Positions 1 to 32,838 are shown, counted from the stretch's first letter. The stretch: 64,000 nt of DNA from Salpingoeca rosetta (GCA_033442325.1 JAWQFM010000006.1:155198-219197); one strand, 5' to 3'. Numbers and translations: made by a program. Notes: generated by a model not told the origin, from the sequence alone.

Positions 1-63
1 CTCACTTCTCGTGCATATGTTGTGTATGTGTGTACGTGTGTGTGTGTGTGTGTGCCTGTGTAG

Positions 64-3000
64 GCGCTGGAGCAGCAGCTCAAATCTGTTCGCGAGCAAG
101 CGAGAGAAACGCGTGCGCAGACGGTGGCCAAAGGTGAGAACTCCATACGATTCGCCACTCCTCTCACCAATCGCCAATATTTGCACCTGCACTCACTTCC
201 ACATCCATGACATTCACGTGATGCGTGTGTCTGTCTGTGTGCGTGTGTCTGTCTGTGTCTGTGTGTAGCGCCCACATCGGCCCGCGATGATTCAAGAAAA
301 CCGCACGTCTCGCGTGACCTCCAGGTCCGGCATGCGTGTACCGTGTGTGTGTGTATCTGTGTGTCTGTGTCTGTGTGTGTGTGTGTGTGTGTGTGCGTGT
401 GTGTGTGCGTGGTTTCACCCTAATGTGCTTCAGTCTTCGCTTCCGCGTTTTGCTGAAATCGCGCTGTTGTCTCTGCACATGTCAACAGGAACCTTCATCG
501 GTGAAGTGGGAAGCAGACAAGAAACTTCAGAAACGGTGAGAACCACCGCCTTCAGTTTGTTTCCCCTCCGTTTGCTGCTTCATGCGCATCTGCCATATCA
601 CGATGACACGCAAGCCATCAACAACATTGGGGGATTTTCAAGCAAGCAAGCTGTTTCATTGCCATTTATATCACCGTGTGCGTGTGTTTGTCGTTGTTGG
701 CTGCTGCTGTTGTTTGCGCTGCAGGATGGAGAACTTGAAGAGCAAACTTGCGACGAAGGAAGAGGAGTTGCAAGCGGCCAACAGCCAGGTGAGTGCGCAG
801 CGCACAAACCAAACATGATGCAGGAGAGCCAATCATGAACTGCGTGGAAGTACGATGGCTCGCACCACACGGCCGCATTCTTGCTGCCAAAATGACGCAA
901 TAACACAATCCATGTAACATAACACGTGTCACGCCCCCCCCCCCCCCAAACTCAAGGTGGCGAATTTGAAGGCGACAATTGAGCGCTTGAAGCGGGAGCG
1001 GAACGCGTTGCAGCGGAAAACAAAAGCGCTGGAGGCCGCGAGCGAGGGTAAGCACCCGATGCATGTGTGTGTGTGTGTGCATGTAAGCTTGTGCAGGTTG
1101 TACCCTGCAGGTTGCTTCTACTTTCCAGTGTCATGCACGCGGATCCTCACCGCCACTACCGCCACCACCGCCGTGGGGTGTGCAGACCACGCCACGTTGC
1201 GGGCGCGCGTCGAGCGGTTACAGGAGGAGAAGACGCAACTCCGCCGCGAACTCGAAGTCGACGCGAACGTGCGCGTGATGGAGCTACAAGCGATTGTCCG
1301 GGATTTGGAGGCCAAACTTGCGGATAAAACGTCCACAAGCGGGAAACATGACGACCTCGCCACAGACGGCAAGGTGCGTGCAGTGCAGCCTTGGCTTGGT
1401 TGCTTGTTGAGTTGGATGGTTGCTTGCGCGGTTTGCTCCTCGGTTAATTGCTCAGTTGCGTGTTTCTTTGCTTGGATATCATTCATATTTCAAAGTGGAG
1501 GTGGTTGCTGCGAGAGTGTTCATGATGAGTCCTTGCCATCGTCGCTGCTTCTGCACACGTGTCCTTCCTGGCAGAAGGGCACGCTGGAGAAGCAAGTCCT
1601 TGACCTGAAGGCAGAAAACCTGCAGCTTCAGCTGCAACTTGAACAAGCGCAAGCGGTGGGTGTTTTGTGCGTGTGTGCGCGGATGTGTGTGTGTGGGGGG
1701 GGGGTGCGTGTGCGTGTCTGTGCGTGCGTGTCTGTGTGTGCTTGTGTGTCACTTGTGTTACGTGTGCATCGCTGAAGCATTGATCTAGCGCACGCTCACG
1801 CAACGCTCTTCACATTGCCGGTGCCATTCAGACGGACGTGTCGGCGCTCAAGGCAGAGCTTGCATCCCTGCGTGAGCAACAGCAGCAACAGCAGCAGTCT
1901 GGTGGTGGTGCTGGTGGTGGTGGTGGAAAGGGCGGGAGAACGGCTGTGGAGGCATCGGAGCTGCAGCGCGTTCGAAAACTGAACCGCCAGCTCAGAACAG
2001 AGCGTGAGAAGGTGCAACCGACACGCATGCACATGTGGCGAGAGAGAGATGGAGATGGAGATGGAGAGGGTGTGTATGTGCGTGCGTGTGTGTGTATGTG
2101 CGTGCGTGCGTGTGTGTGTGTGCAAGATATTGGTTGGTTGGTTGGTTGGTGGCTGCTGTTTATGATAGGCGTTGATGCGACACCTCCTCACGCTCTCGTA
2201 ATTATTCACGTGCGCTTGCGTGCATGCGTGTACCTGAAACACTGTCGTGCCACAACCACGTGCGTAATTGTGCCAGGCGAATGAGCGTGCACATGAAGCA
2301 GACAAGACACGCGAGCGTCTGCAGCAGGAGCTCAACGACTGCCACAGGTTGGGCGTGTGTGCGTGTGTGCGAAAGAGCGTATGTGGGAGTGGGTGTATGT
2401 TCATGTGTACGACGGCTGTCAATGTTGCGCCGTGTTTGAATACACATGTACGCTCACGCAGATTTTGCACACACCGACGCGCGCACGTGCACATACCCTC
2501 TTCACGCTTAGAAACCAAGAGATGTTGGAAGCGGAGATCCAACAGAAACAGCAGCGCATCGACAAGGTTGATTGATAATCAGCAGTTCATTTGCAGTCGT
2601 GCTGATGTCATGTACGAGGGTGTATATGTGTGTTTGCAACGCCGTGTGTGTGTGTGTGTTGGTGCGTTTGAGCTCGTTTCTCCATCCTTCTCCCATCCAC
2701 TCAATTATCTTCATCTGTCGTTCACACGCTCGTGTACGCTTCCGTGTTGTTGCTTCGACAGCTGCAGGCGTCGCTTGAACGCATGGCAGCGAATGAAGAG
2801 CGGCTGCAGTCCAGGTACTGATTGCTGTAACACGTCTCGTGCTCGTGCTGCCAGCCCATGCACAGGCCATGCCAATGCCACTTGCAAGGGCCGCACTACA
2901 TCATGTGCACAAGCACAAGGCACGAGCCTGCATCACACAACTCAAGGGGTTTTCTTTCTTTCTCACTCACTCACTCACACACGTATACTTTTGCACGATT

Positions 3001-3332
3001 TCATGCACAGGGCTGCCCTGCCAGCGCAAGCAGAGACGCGGCTGGAGGAACTGGAGGAGGAGAACCGCGAGCTGAGGGCGGAGCTGTCTGCGTTTGACCC
3101 GGAGTTCTTCGAAGAAATTGAGACCCTCAAATACGAGCACCAGCAGGCGAAGCAGGAGGTAGCGCGGCTACGTGCCCTCCTCAGCCAACAACAACAACAA
3201 CAGCAGCAGCAGCAGCAGCTACAAAGCAGCACCCGTCAACAGGGTGTCGTTGACGTTGACGCTGATGATGATGACATTGATGGTGATGATGGTGATGGTG
3301 CGCAGAAGGATAAGGGCGAAGAAGAAACGTGA
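64..3332 (+). CDS. CEP290: CEP290 (ciliary transition-zone coiled-coil protein), 3' portion; 5' end lies upstream of the window
   Basis: About 12 short coiled-coil exons bounded by AG/GT (e.g. 957-1047 VANLKATIERLKRERNALQRK, 1186-1373, 1832-2011). The last exon 3011-3332 encodes LEELEEENRELRAELSAFDPEFFEEIETLKYEHQQ, matching the CEP290 C-terminal motif (ELENFDPSFFEEIEDLKYNY in human, from recall). Confidence 0.8.
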
Positions 3333-3561
3333 ATGTTGTGATGTGACATGACACGATGGAGGACTGATTAGCTGTTGTTTCATACCACCTTTGCTCGTGT
3401 TACACTCCCTTTGATGCACATAGAGACTTGCTGTTCTTATCTTCTCCTCTTCTTGTACACACACTTTACACCGTCATGGCAGTGGACTGACTGATGATGA
3501 AGCGAGCGAGACAGCAACAAGCGTGTGATATGACATGAGTCGCAACAAGTGAGGAAGCACA

Positions 3562-3629
<68 letters not shown>

Positions 3630-3851
3630 CACACCACCCCTCTTTATGGTGTCGTATTGACATTTTCGAATCTGCCTCACCGACGACAACCGACTTCCCA
3701 GCCAGCCACCCATCAGTTGCGACCACACACATCCTCGCACCCCTCCCCACCACATCCTTGCGTCGAATCAGGCAGACGAGTGCAAACATCACACGCGTCT
3801 CCACTGCAGTGCATTGGCCGTCCCTAGTCTCAGAGAGAAAGTGCAACAACC

Positions 3852-5682
<1,831 letters not shown>

Positions 5683-5965
5683 CTCCACATCCTGCTGTTG
5701 CTGCCTCTTTGTTGGTGCGCTTGCTTGCTGCCGACACAATGTGTTATATTTGATGCTTTTCTCTCTGGTGTCAGGGAACGCTTTGTCTGCTGTCTTGTTG
5801 CCGTTGTCACGTTCATGCACATGTGTTGCTGTTGTCTCGTGTTTCCGTCGTTCACTGTTTTGTGCGTCGCGGTGGCACGACTGTCATATGTACAGCAAGA
5901 AAACAGAAGGAGGAAAGAACGTTGCACACTTGCTTGCATGTGAGAGAGGTGCGCAACACACACAC

Positions 5966-6025
<60 letters not shown>

Positions 6026-6229
6026 CGCGCGCGCGCATGAAAAGGATACAGCCAGCAGCCTGCTTGCGTGACAAGGGGTGCGTGTCTCAGATGTAACATG
6101 AAACATAATTTGAACAAGAGGCGCCCAGCACGCAGTGATGAACGTGTACAACGACAGCATGACAGCACAACAGCGACAACACTGTTATGCACACACGCGC
6201 ACTTCACTACATTGACATGTGCATTTGCA

Positions 6230-7532
6230 TCACCACTCGCTGTCCTCTGAGCCGTCTGAATCCCACCCACTCGCCTCCTTTGCAGGCTGTGGTGAACACA
6301 TGAGGTGATGGCGAGATACGTGAGGTGGTGGTGATGGTGACACGACCGTTGCGAACAATGAAGTAGAGCCACAACGCAGCGGAGGCACTGCACATCTCAA
6401 TCTCTGTTGACGTGAAAACGCAAACATGTGCAAACACACACACACATACACACACACGCACGCACATACACACGCGCACACACATACACACACGCACACA
6501 CACACACGCACACGCACACGCACACACACACACCCCAAATTCCTTCTGCACGTCGTATTCAAAGTCGGTGCTGTCTTTGCTCACGCGGTTGCGCTCAAAG
6601 TCCGCATCCATCTCCTTCTTCTTTGCCTCCAGCACCTGTTAGGCGCGTGTGCGCGTGCACGAGCTGTGAGTGGAAGTGTGGTCTCGAACCAGCCCTGCAT
6701 ACATCAGGCGTGACACGTGCAGTGGCGCGATGGTACTGTTCACTTCATGTCGCGGTCGTGGCCACCAACCTCATCTGGCAGCACGTTTAAGTTGCCTTCC
6801 TTCACATTGTCCATCGCATCCACCAGCGCCTGCAGCGCCTGCAACACCTGAGCACGTTCACATGTTTGTAGTGTAAGTATGGTGTGTACATGCCAACGAG
6901 AGAGTGTGTGTGCATGTGTGTGCATGTGTGTGTGTGTGCATGCATCAGTGTGGTTGTGTTTGCAGGACCACAGAAGTGACGGACTGCAAAGCACACGGAG
7001 CGCAAGTGGGACGAACAAGCGCACCTTTGTCTCGCCAATGCAGTCGAGGTACGTCTCGTGATGTAGTCGCATCATGTCCAGAAGTTGGGTGGGCCTGATC
7101 ACGCCAGCACAAATACCGACGACGCCAACAAGTGCAACCACCGGCACACACAACACAGCCGTGAGCGGCATTGACTCGACCTCACGTTGCAAATGCAAAC
7201 CGCCCGCTTCACCAGCAGTTTCAAGCACGGTCTGCCCTCATGTTGGCCTAATGCTTACGTTTCGTTGTACTTGCGTCTCACGGGAATGATCCGTCTTCGT
7301 CTCCTTCCTGCTCCACCGCAGACACACACGCGCGCGCACACATCCGCCAGCCGTTGTGGGTACATGAGGGTGTACCAAACACACGAACCACGACACAACA
7401 CACCGTGCAGGTGTCCCTCGCACACAAGCCACAAGCCACAAGCGCACCTGTTGCTCGCTCAATGTAGTCAATGATGACAGCTGGTGGCTCCAGCCTGGCT
7501 CCCACGCCAGCCGCCTGCAGCGTCGCTGACAT
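6230..7532 (-). CDS. CEP19: CEP19 (distal centriole protein that recruits RABL2)
   Basis: Spliced peptide [28 protein letters not shown] / [16 protein letters not shown] / ..[21 protein letters not shown] / [26 protein letters not shown] / [33 protein letters not shown] / [18 protein letters not shown]. Parallels human CEP19 motifs GIRFQPPAIILIY, RQRIMPVR, DLNKLDD, MDELFEKN, DPNFVYDIEVEF and GWD. Confidence 0.88.
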
Positions 7533-7744
7533 GGCTGTGTGTGTCTGTATGTGTGTGTATGTGTGTGTGCGTGCGTGTATGTGTGTGTGAGTGTCTTGTT
7601 TGTGTGTGTGTGTGTGTGCGCGCCTGTGTGTGTCCTTCCTTTCCGCAACGGTCCTGGTGCGACAGAACGACAGACAAAAACATCTAAATCGAAAGGAGGA
7701 CACAAGACAAGCAAGAAGCAAGCAACAAGCAAGCACACGGCAAC
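7533..7744. promoter_or_regulatory. Putative bidirectional promoter region between CEP19 (-) and PEX5 (+)
   Basis: The two start codons are head-to-head and only 212 bp apart. No motif identified. Confidence 0.5.
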
Positions 7745-10700
7745 ATGGATGCATGTGGTGGGAACGCAGCGCTCAAGGCTGCAGAGACACTGCGACGTGC
7801 ACACCGGGTAAGCCTCCTCGTCGTCCTCGTCGTCGTCATTGTCGCTGTTGGTGTTGTTGTTGGTGTTGGTGTTGTTGTTGGTGTTGGTTGCACTGCATTC
7901 TTGGAGCAAGAGAGGCCTTCGTGGTGGGGCTGTCTCTTCCCTTCACCCTCTCATAGGCACCCTAGCTCACACCAATCCAAACCCACTCTCACCTCCCAGC
8001 CAAGCCAGGAGCACTCTGCGACTGCCCACGCCGCGTTTGCGCAGCAAGCGGCCCAGCTCGCGTTCCAGGAGGCGCAGCTCCAACAGCAACATCAGCGCCT
8101 ACAGCGCCAGCAACACCATGCACATCGACAGCGGCAATACGCATCACAGGCGCGACAACAGCACAGCAGCTCCGCGAATAGCAGCAGCGCTCGCAGCGGT
8201 CAAACACGTGCACCGCAACGCCCTTGGTCAACAAGCACACATCAGCCACAAGATACATCCATAGCCACAGGTATCTGCGGTGATGTAGTGTGCGTGCTTG
8301 ACTGTCTCTGTCGGTGTTCCCTCTTGCCACTTGTCAACTTGTGCATGTGCAAGTCCACAACCGCATCCTCCTCACCTTTGCTCTGCCGGCTGGGCTGGTG
8401 CGCTGTGTTGAGTAGATCAACGGTACTGGGGAACAGGATCAGTCCGAACACAGCCCGAGCATGCCCCAGCCTCTTTCATGTCTCCGATGCACCGCCATCA
8501 TCACCTTTACCGCACTCGCGATTTCATGGGTATGCATGCATGCACGCAAGCATTTGGCGCACCTGTATCTCGTCCTCTAGCTGCATGGCCTGTACCCTGC
8601 TGTGTGCAACGCATGTTCGTTGAGCTTACCCGTTGTTGATGTGGTCCCTTACGACAACTTGCTTCCTTGGACAGCCCGACACATGGGTCGAAGCGACCAC
8701 CATCATGATCACTCTTCCCCATCTTCCTCATCCACTCAGGTGTGCAGTCAGTGCGCACGAGTGTGTGTGTGTGTATGTGTGTGTGTGTGTGTGTGTGTTG
8801 GTTGATGGGTTTACGCCAGTGTCTTCGTGTGGGTCTGCGTTGCAATGATCAAGCTTTTGCTCAGCGTTCCCACCAACCAATACCACCACTGCTACTGATA
8901 CGACCACCGCGTTAACCACTGCTTGTCATACGTGCAGGTGCTGGACCATCCCCACGCGTGGGCAGAATCGATGCTCGCACCAGACACGACAGATGCGCAG
9001 GAAACCACGCGCACCGCTGAAAACGATGATGAGGTGGGCATGGGGTGGTCGAAGTGTGCAACGCCTGCAATTGTTGCTGTTTGATCGTGTGCCCTTTCGT
9101 AAGCGGCAGCCCTGAGCCAACGTGAACTTGCCCCCCAAACCCCCTGCGCAATCTCTCTCACATGCGCGCGTACGTCTGAATGCCCGCGTGGACTTGCACA
9201 CACGTGCGTGTCAATACAGGCGCTGCGCTCGGCTGCCCGCGACATTCACGCGCGGGCGTCTGTTGATTCTGATTTGCAGCAGTCGCAATTCATGGCGCTG
9301 ATGGAGCAGCTCGCTGCCGGTGACGTCTCCGTTGTCGATGGAGAGGTGCGCAACATGTGTGTGTGTGTGTGTATGTGAGTGTGAGTGTGTATGTGCGTGT
9401 GTGAGTGTGTGCGTGTGTGTGTGAGTGTGTGAGTAAGCGTGTGTGTTTGTGTGAGTGTGTTTGTGTGAGTGTGTGAGTGTGTGAGTGTGTGAGTGTGTTG
9501 ACTTTTGAGTGGCAGTGCTGACAGCGCTCTTGTTGCCACACACCTGGCTTTTTCAGCTCCAACGCAATACCGCAGCGACGGCACCTAAACAACAAACACA
9601 ACAACAACAACAGCAGCAAACACCACAACAACAGCACCAACAACCACAACAACAGCAGCAGCAGCAGGCGCGATACCCGCACCAGGTTGACGTTGACGTG
9701 GATGCGCAGGCCGTGGACGCAATGATGGAGGAGTTCCGGCGAGCTTTCCAGTCACCCGACCCAACAGCTACAGCAACACCCAACACAGGCGCCACCGCCA
9801 CCACCACCGCCACCACCACCACCACCACCACCACTGCCACGACGTCTACCACTGCTGCGAGCTCAACAGCACCAGCAGCAGCAAGGGATGCACCGGCATA
9901 TGCGTTTCAGGCCACACTTCAGGCCGAGGACCACCAGAGAACAGCAGACGATTTCGTGCAAATGGGACAACACGAGCTCGCAGCAGGTGTGTGTGTGTGT
10001 GTGTGTGTGTGTTGTGTGTGTGTTGTGTGTAACCTTACATCTGAGCTGCTGATGTGCGAACTGTATCGCTTTGTGCGTGTCTTGTCCTCGCCTCTTTCGT
10101 CGTTTCACATCCGCGCATGTGTACACGCCACCACCACCACAGGACGACTGGTCGCGGCCATCCTCAACTTTGAGCGCGCATGCCAGCTGGATGCATCGCA
10201 TGTGGAGGCCTGGCAGCTCCTCGGTACCAGGTAATCACATGATGCCCGCACCACCACAACCCACAACCTGTTCTTTTTGATTCTAATGCTCCCACCTCCT
10301 CCTTCTCCTGCTGATGCTGTTGAAACCCTCCCCCCCCCTCTCTCTTCACCCTGCACCAACACCAACACTGTCACCACTTTATATGCTACCCTCATCCTCA
10401 TCCACACCTGCCGCCTCTTCCACGCCCTTCGCAGCCGTGCCGAGAATGAGCAAGACGAGATGGCCATTGCGGCGCTGCGCACATGTCTGCAACTCGACCC
10501 AACACGCCGTCCAGCCCTCCTCGCAATCGCCACAAGCTATGCAAACGAGGTGTGTCGAGTGTGTGTGTCTGTGTGTCTGTGTGTCGATGTGTGTGTGTGT
10601 GTGTCGGAGTTGATGTGTGTGTGTGAGTCGATGTGTGTGTGTGTGTGTTTGTCGATGTGTGTGTGTGAGTCGATGTGTGTGTGTCTGTGTCTGTGTGTGT

Positions 10701-11770
10701 GCCTGTGTGGTTTTATCTGCGATCGCTTCCTACGTGCTGACACATCCACACAACCCACACGCTACTTCTGCCTCCTCTCGTCATCACCACCCTCCCCCAT
10801 CATTGGTTCCCCGACCGCTGGCAGATGCAACTTGAGGCTGCGTACGATGCCCTCGAGAGCGTTGTGCGTGGCGACTCGCGGTTTACCGGCATGACTGTCC
10901 AAGAACACCACGTCCCGCACGATGACAGCACCACTCTTGGACGACAGAGACAAAGGTGAGGCAATGCTGGTCTCTGTGCGAGCAGGTCATTTGTGTGCGT
11001 GTGCGTGTGTGTGTGTGTGTGTGGTTTGTGTGGCTGAGCGCACTGTCGCTGCCCAGCGAAGATGTTCTATGCGAACATACTCATATGACGCCTTGGTGTG
11101 TACATGTTGCTTCGCTCATGCCATCACCACGCCATCGCACTGCCGCTGCGATTGCCGCGCCCGTCAGCTCTGTGAGCTCGCTTGGTTCTGATTCGTCCGT
11201 GAGCGCAATGCTGGAGCAGAGACACGACGCTGTTGTTGACCTCTATCTCAGCGCAATCGAGGTGTGTGTATATACGTGTGGGTGGGGGGGGGTTGCCCAT
11301 ATGCATGCGTTAATGTGTGCGGTACGCACACGCGATTTCTTTCACTCTGCGTCTGCGTTCTTGTTTGTCCGCGCGCTTGTCTTCTTCCGTCACGTTGATG
11401 CCTGCTCATCGTGGTGACGTCGATTTTGTTATTCTGCAGGCGTGCGGCGATGTTGTGGATGCAGACCTTCAGATCGGCCTGGGCATACTCCAGCACATGA
11501 AGTAACGACCACGCTGTAATGCTCGTGCTTCTGCTGTTGTGCCATGCGCGGAGTCAGAAGCCCACGCACGCACACGCAAATACACGTACACATGTGCACT
11601 CACTCACTCACGCTGATTTAACGTGTGCAACGACGCTCATTGTGCTAGGGGAAACTTTTCGCGTGCCATCGACTGCTTCGAACTCGCCCTCTCTGTCAGG
11701 TGTGACCGTCATGATCATCATCTTACTATTCCGTCCGTTTGAGTTAGCAAGTGTGTGTGTGTGTGTATGT

Positions 11771-11838
<68 letters not shown>

Positions 11839-12802
11839 ACGGGCACAGCGCCCCCTCCCAAAGTTTTGCATCACTCACCCCTTGAACTGCACAACTGGTA
11901 AATGCCCCCCCCCCTTCCCCAGGCCTGATGACTTTCAGCTGTGGAACAAGTTGGGCGCGTGCCTGGCAAACGGAAACCGCAGCGCCGAGGCCGTGGATGT
12001 GTACAGACGCGCACTCGAACTCAGGCCAGGTTCGCATCGCGTGCCCATTGTGTTTATGGACACGGCGCGTGCTTTGTCGCCAGCTGCTTGCCTGTTGTGC
12101 GTGCGAATGGGGCAGATCTGGTGAACCGATTGACGGTGCCCGCGGATGGGCGTACTCTGCTCACCGTGCTACTTTGTGTCAAATGCGTTGTCTTGCCGTC
12201 GCCTGCTGTAGGGTTTATCCGAGCCATGTACAACATGGGCGTGAGCTGCATCAACTTGAAGGCGTATGAGCAAGCAGCTGAATATTTCCTTACCGCGCTC
12301 GATCATCAGAGCTCCGATGCCAACGGCAATACGAGCACCACCATGTCAGACACCATCTGGTGCGTCACATGTACAACCTGCGTGTGTGTGTGTGTGTGTG
12401 AGTGTGCGTGTGTGCGTGCGTCCCTGTGTGTGTATGTGTCTGTGCGTGTGCGTCTGTGTGTGTGTGTGTGTGTGTGTATGTGTGTGTGCGTCTGTGTGTG
12501 TGTGTGCGTGCGTCCCTGTGTGTGTGTGTGTGTCTGTGCGTGTACATGTGTCTGTGCGTGTGCAGTTGTGTGTGTCTGTGTGTCTGTGTGTGCGTTTAAA
12601 TTCCCCCCAACGCACACACACACACGCACAGCCCGGTGTCATCTATCTCCCTCACCAACCACACGTGCACCCACATCAACCGTGTGACTGGTGCTGCAGG
12701 CAATCGCTACGCATGACACTGATGATGATGGAGAAATACGAGCTCGCCCTCCTCACTGAACACCGCAGCGTCGCCATGTTCAAGTCCTTCTTTAAGTTCT
12801 AG
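7745..12802 (+). CDS. PEX5: PEX5 peroxisomal PTS1 import receptor (TPR protein)
   Basis: N-terminal conserved Cys motif [13 protein letters not shown] exons include [99 protein letters not shown], and the terminal SDTIWQSLRMTL..FKSFFKF*. Confidence 0.93.
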
Positions 12803-13402
12803 CCGCTTCGTGCCATCGACTGTCCGTCCCACTACACCATGCTTGGTTCGCCTTTCTGGTCGCCCTCCGCTATGCGAGCTCGGCTTAGCCGCCTGCTACC
12901 TTTCAACCCCCGCCCTGGACGACGTGCACTGGTGTGCCATGGAGCCTGCCTTGCAGCCGATACGCGAGCACTGACTGGCGTCTACCGGTTGTTTTGGTGG
13001 ATGTTTGTATTGAATGATAGTTTGGCTCGCAATGGCTCGGTTCTCACTCCACCGCCAAGATAAACAAACAACTCAGGACGACGTGACATGATGACAGCTA
13101 CGTTGCTTGCCGCCGTTCAGTTTTGAGTGTACACCCAGTACCACGACGCCAACAACACCAGCAAAACGGAACAGGGAAGAAGCAGTGAATCAGAATTACC
13201 CGACACCACATACACAGTGGCCGGCTCACACGGGGAGACGGGAGAACAGCACCCATCGCCCCTCAACACAACACAGACGCACACAAGAGTCACGAGATAA
13301 ATGCTCCAGCACGAGGTCCAAGGGTGTGACAATGTTGTTACGACAGGAAATAATAAAACCACGAGGAAGAGCGTCGTCCATTGTCAGCGCGGCTTGGCGG
13401 CC

Positions 13403-14600
13403 TCAGTACTGGCCCTGCTCGCGCGTGGCGAGGAACTGCTCAATGCGTGCGCGGGCGGCAATCTTGTCGTGGAACTCCTTCAGCTTGGGGTAGGGGCGCA
13501 CCTTGTTCAGGCCGTGCAGCTCAGTCACGGCGTTGACAGCCTCGAACAGTGCAATGTCCGCAAATGTCAGGTGCTGGTAGTCGTCGTCGTAGTCGTCGTG
13601 TGTTGGGGTGAAATGGGCGAAAGACCGAGGTGTGAAACGGGGATGTGAGTGCATGTGTGTATGTATTTGTGCATGCATGTGCATGTGTGTATGCATTTGT
13701 GCATGTGCGTGCGTGTGTGGGCAAGTTCACATCGAAGCACACGAGTAACGAAACCCATCAAACGCTGGGCATCAACGTGCTCTGATCAACTGTCACTTTG
13801 CACACAACTCTCCATGCGACACGAGGCGTCTCACCTTGCCGTACATGTACTCGTCAGTGCGCACATCGTCATCGTCGTTGCGCTCCAGGATGTTCTGTTT
13901 GTGTGTTGTTGGGTCAACGCATGCACACATGTAAGCACACACACACACACACAAATACGAACACAAACAGACTTGGTGCGGCTATTCTTCCAGCACTTGC
14001 AAGATAACTGTCACGATATCCATTCAAACGGTTGCAAGGCTGACCTGGAAGTATGTGAACCACTTGGGGATGATGACCGAGTCGAGGTTGGAGGGTGCAC
14101 CGTCCTTACCCAGGTGTGTCTTGGCCTCCGTCTGGAAGTCGTTCACCTGTGTTGTGCGGTGGTTGTGAAGGTGAGCCGGGCTGAACTGTCAGGCATATAT
14201 GCAGTGCATGACACATGGCGTGTGTCGGTTTGATTGGACAGCTTGATTGCTTCCTTCCACCCACTGTCAAGCATGCAAGGTTGTCTGTCGTAACACACCG
14301 CCATGGCAAAAGAGCGGACGATGGGGCGCTCATCAGCCTCGCCGCAGTACTTGTTGGTGGCCTGACCAAGACCAAGCTTGTCAGCGTATTCAGCAATGTA
14401 CTCCATGATGCTGGGGCTAAATGGTGAACGAGAGAGAGTGTGTGTGTGTATGTGTGTATGTGTGTGTGAGTGAGTGTGAGTTGACGAGTGTCCAAAATTA
14501 TGTGAGTACGTGAGCGCATGAATACGTGGGTGCGAGGAACACACATCAGCTTCGGTGCACAAGCCACCACCCCGTTTCGACACACACACACACACACACA

Positions 14601-14650
<50 letters not shown>

Positions 14651-14857
14651 TACTCACGTACAAACACATACTCACTCACGCACGCACACAAGGACACGAA
14701 CAACAAATCAACACACAACACACCTCTGCTCGATGATCTTGCCGTCGTGCTCGAGTGCAGGGAGCATGCCGAAGTTGACCACACCGTCCTTGATCATCTG
14801 CTGCATCTGGTCACGGTTCACAGGAACATCCTCGTACTTCTGTCCTCACCACACAGC

Positions 14858-14898
<41 letters not shown>

Positions 14899-15104
14899 CG
14901 CCCACCTCGTCAGTCTCTCTTCGACAAAAGGCAACAGTGCACACAGCAACTGCAGCACCCTTCGTCTCACCTCCCCACCTCAACAAGCAGCGCTTTCCTA
15001 CTCAGCGTTTTGGTGGTACTTACGATGCCGGTCTCGGCGAGCATGACGCGGACCTTCTCGGCAAAGCCGCGCTTGCCTTCATGGTAGTACAGCTTCATGG
15101 CCAT
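13403..15104 (-). CDS. Cytosolic glutathione S-transferase, Tyr-type (sigma/pi/alpha-like)
   Basis: MAMKLYYHEGKRGFAEKVRVMLAETGI; NFGMLPALEHDGKIIEQSPSIMEYIA (cis-Pro loop and QS motif); C-terminal YMYGK/HLTFADIALFE..YPKLKEFHDKIAARARIEQFL. Confidence 0.9.
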
Positions 15105-15868
15105 GGTGGATGGTGGCGTCAAACAAAACAAGGGTCGGGGAACCAAAACAAGGCAGAAGGACAAAGGGAGAGTGATGAAGTGGGCGGTGCAAGGCTAGTA
15201 CGCTCAGGGGGGGGGGGGGTAAAACAAGGTGCGTACAGTCGTCGACAACCTGCAACGTTGCACACGACAATTCGACAACATCTGGTGGATAGCAAGATTC
15301 AACGATTGCTGTAGTTTGTTTGTTTGTTTGTTTGTTGTTTTGAGGCAGCATGACGACACTGTGCGAGGTGTCGTTGAGTTGTTTACTGGCATGAGCTTGA
15401 TGGCCTTCCCCTTGAGGGGAGGTTTGGACAACCAACGAAAATGAAGGACAACCAACAAGGAATCAACAGGACAAGACACGTATGCGAGGCAACGCAAGCC
15501 AAGCGACGTCAACAAACGACAAACGAGACAGGCGGAAAAGACAAGGCAGACACACGCACACGCACACACAACTTGAACCCAGAACATGTCGAGAAAGTGC
15601 ACGCAGAAAGAAACCAAGAAGCCAAGAAATGGGGACAACGCGATCATGTGTGCATGCAGATAAGAAAAACAATCAACGTCACAGGGACAACGAAAAGTGG
15701 GAGTTGGTGTTGATGGAGTGTCAGAAAGCAAAGTTGCCGTCGATGGGGTTCATGCGTGTACTTGCTGAGCCATTTTCGACGGGACGCGTGCTGGTGCTGT
15801 CGATACAACACAGCCACACCACAGCCGGCACCCCCCCCCCGACAGCAACAGCGGCAGGGACTGCCACG

Positions 15869-26384
<10,516 letters not shown>

Positions 26385-26793
26385 GGTGCTTTGTCAAACA
26401 ACACAAATGCCAGCACCTGCTGTGGTTGCGCTTCTGGCGCGTGGTGCTGTCTGCTCTGTGCTCTGTGCTCTGCTCTTGAACTTATGTTCGTCACACAGCA
26501 CGTCACCCCCCTCTTCTTTGCACTGCAGCAACGAACAACAGCAACGGGCAAATGCAAAGCAAAAGCGGCGCACAACAACAACAACAAACCCTTCTCACTG
26601 GTGCCGCGAAAAATGACACAAGATATTCACCAATCATCGGCAACGCCAACGAGAGCGGGACGACAAACGAGAAGAAGGAAGCACCACTCGTGCTGGCTCT
26701 GCGCTCCCCTTCCTTTCGTATTGTTTGCATTGTCTTGTGTTGTTGTACCTCGCTCCGTTCTGTTCTGTTTGGTTGTCTTGCTTGGGAGCAGCC
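26385..26793. promoter_or_regulatory. Putative bidirectional promoter region between the myosin (-) and TRAF7 (+)
   Basis: Head-to-head starts 409 bp apart. Confidence 0.4.
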
Positions 26794-32838
<6,045 letters not shown>

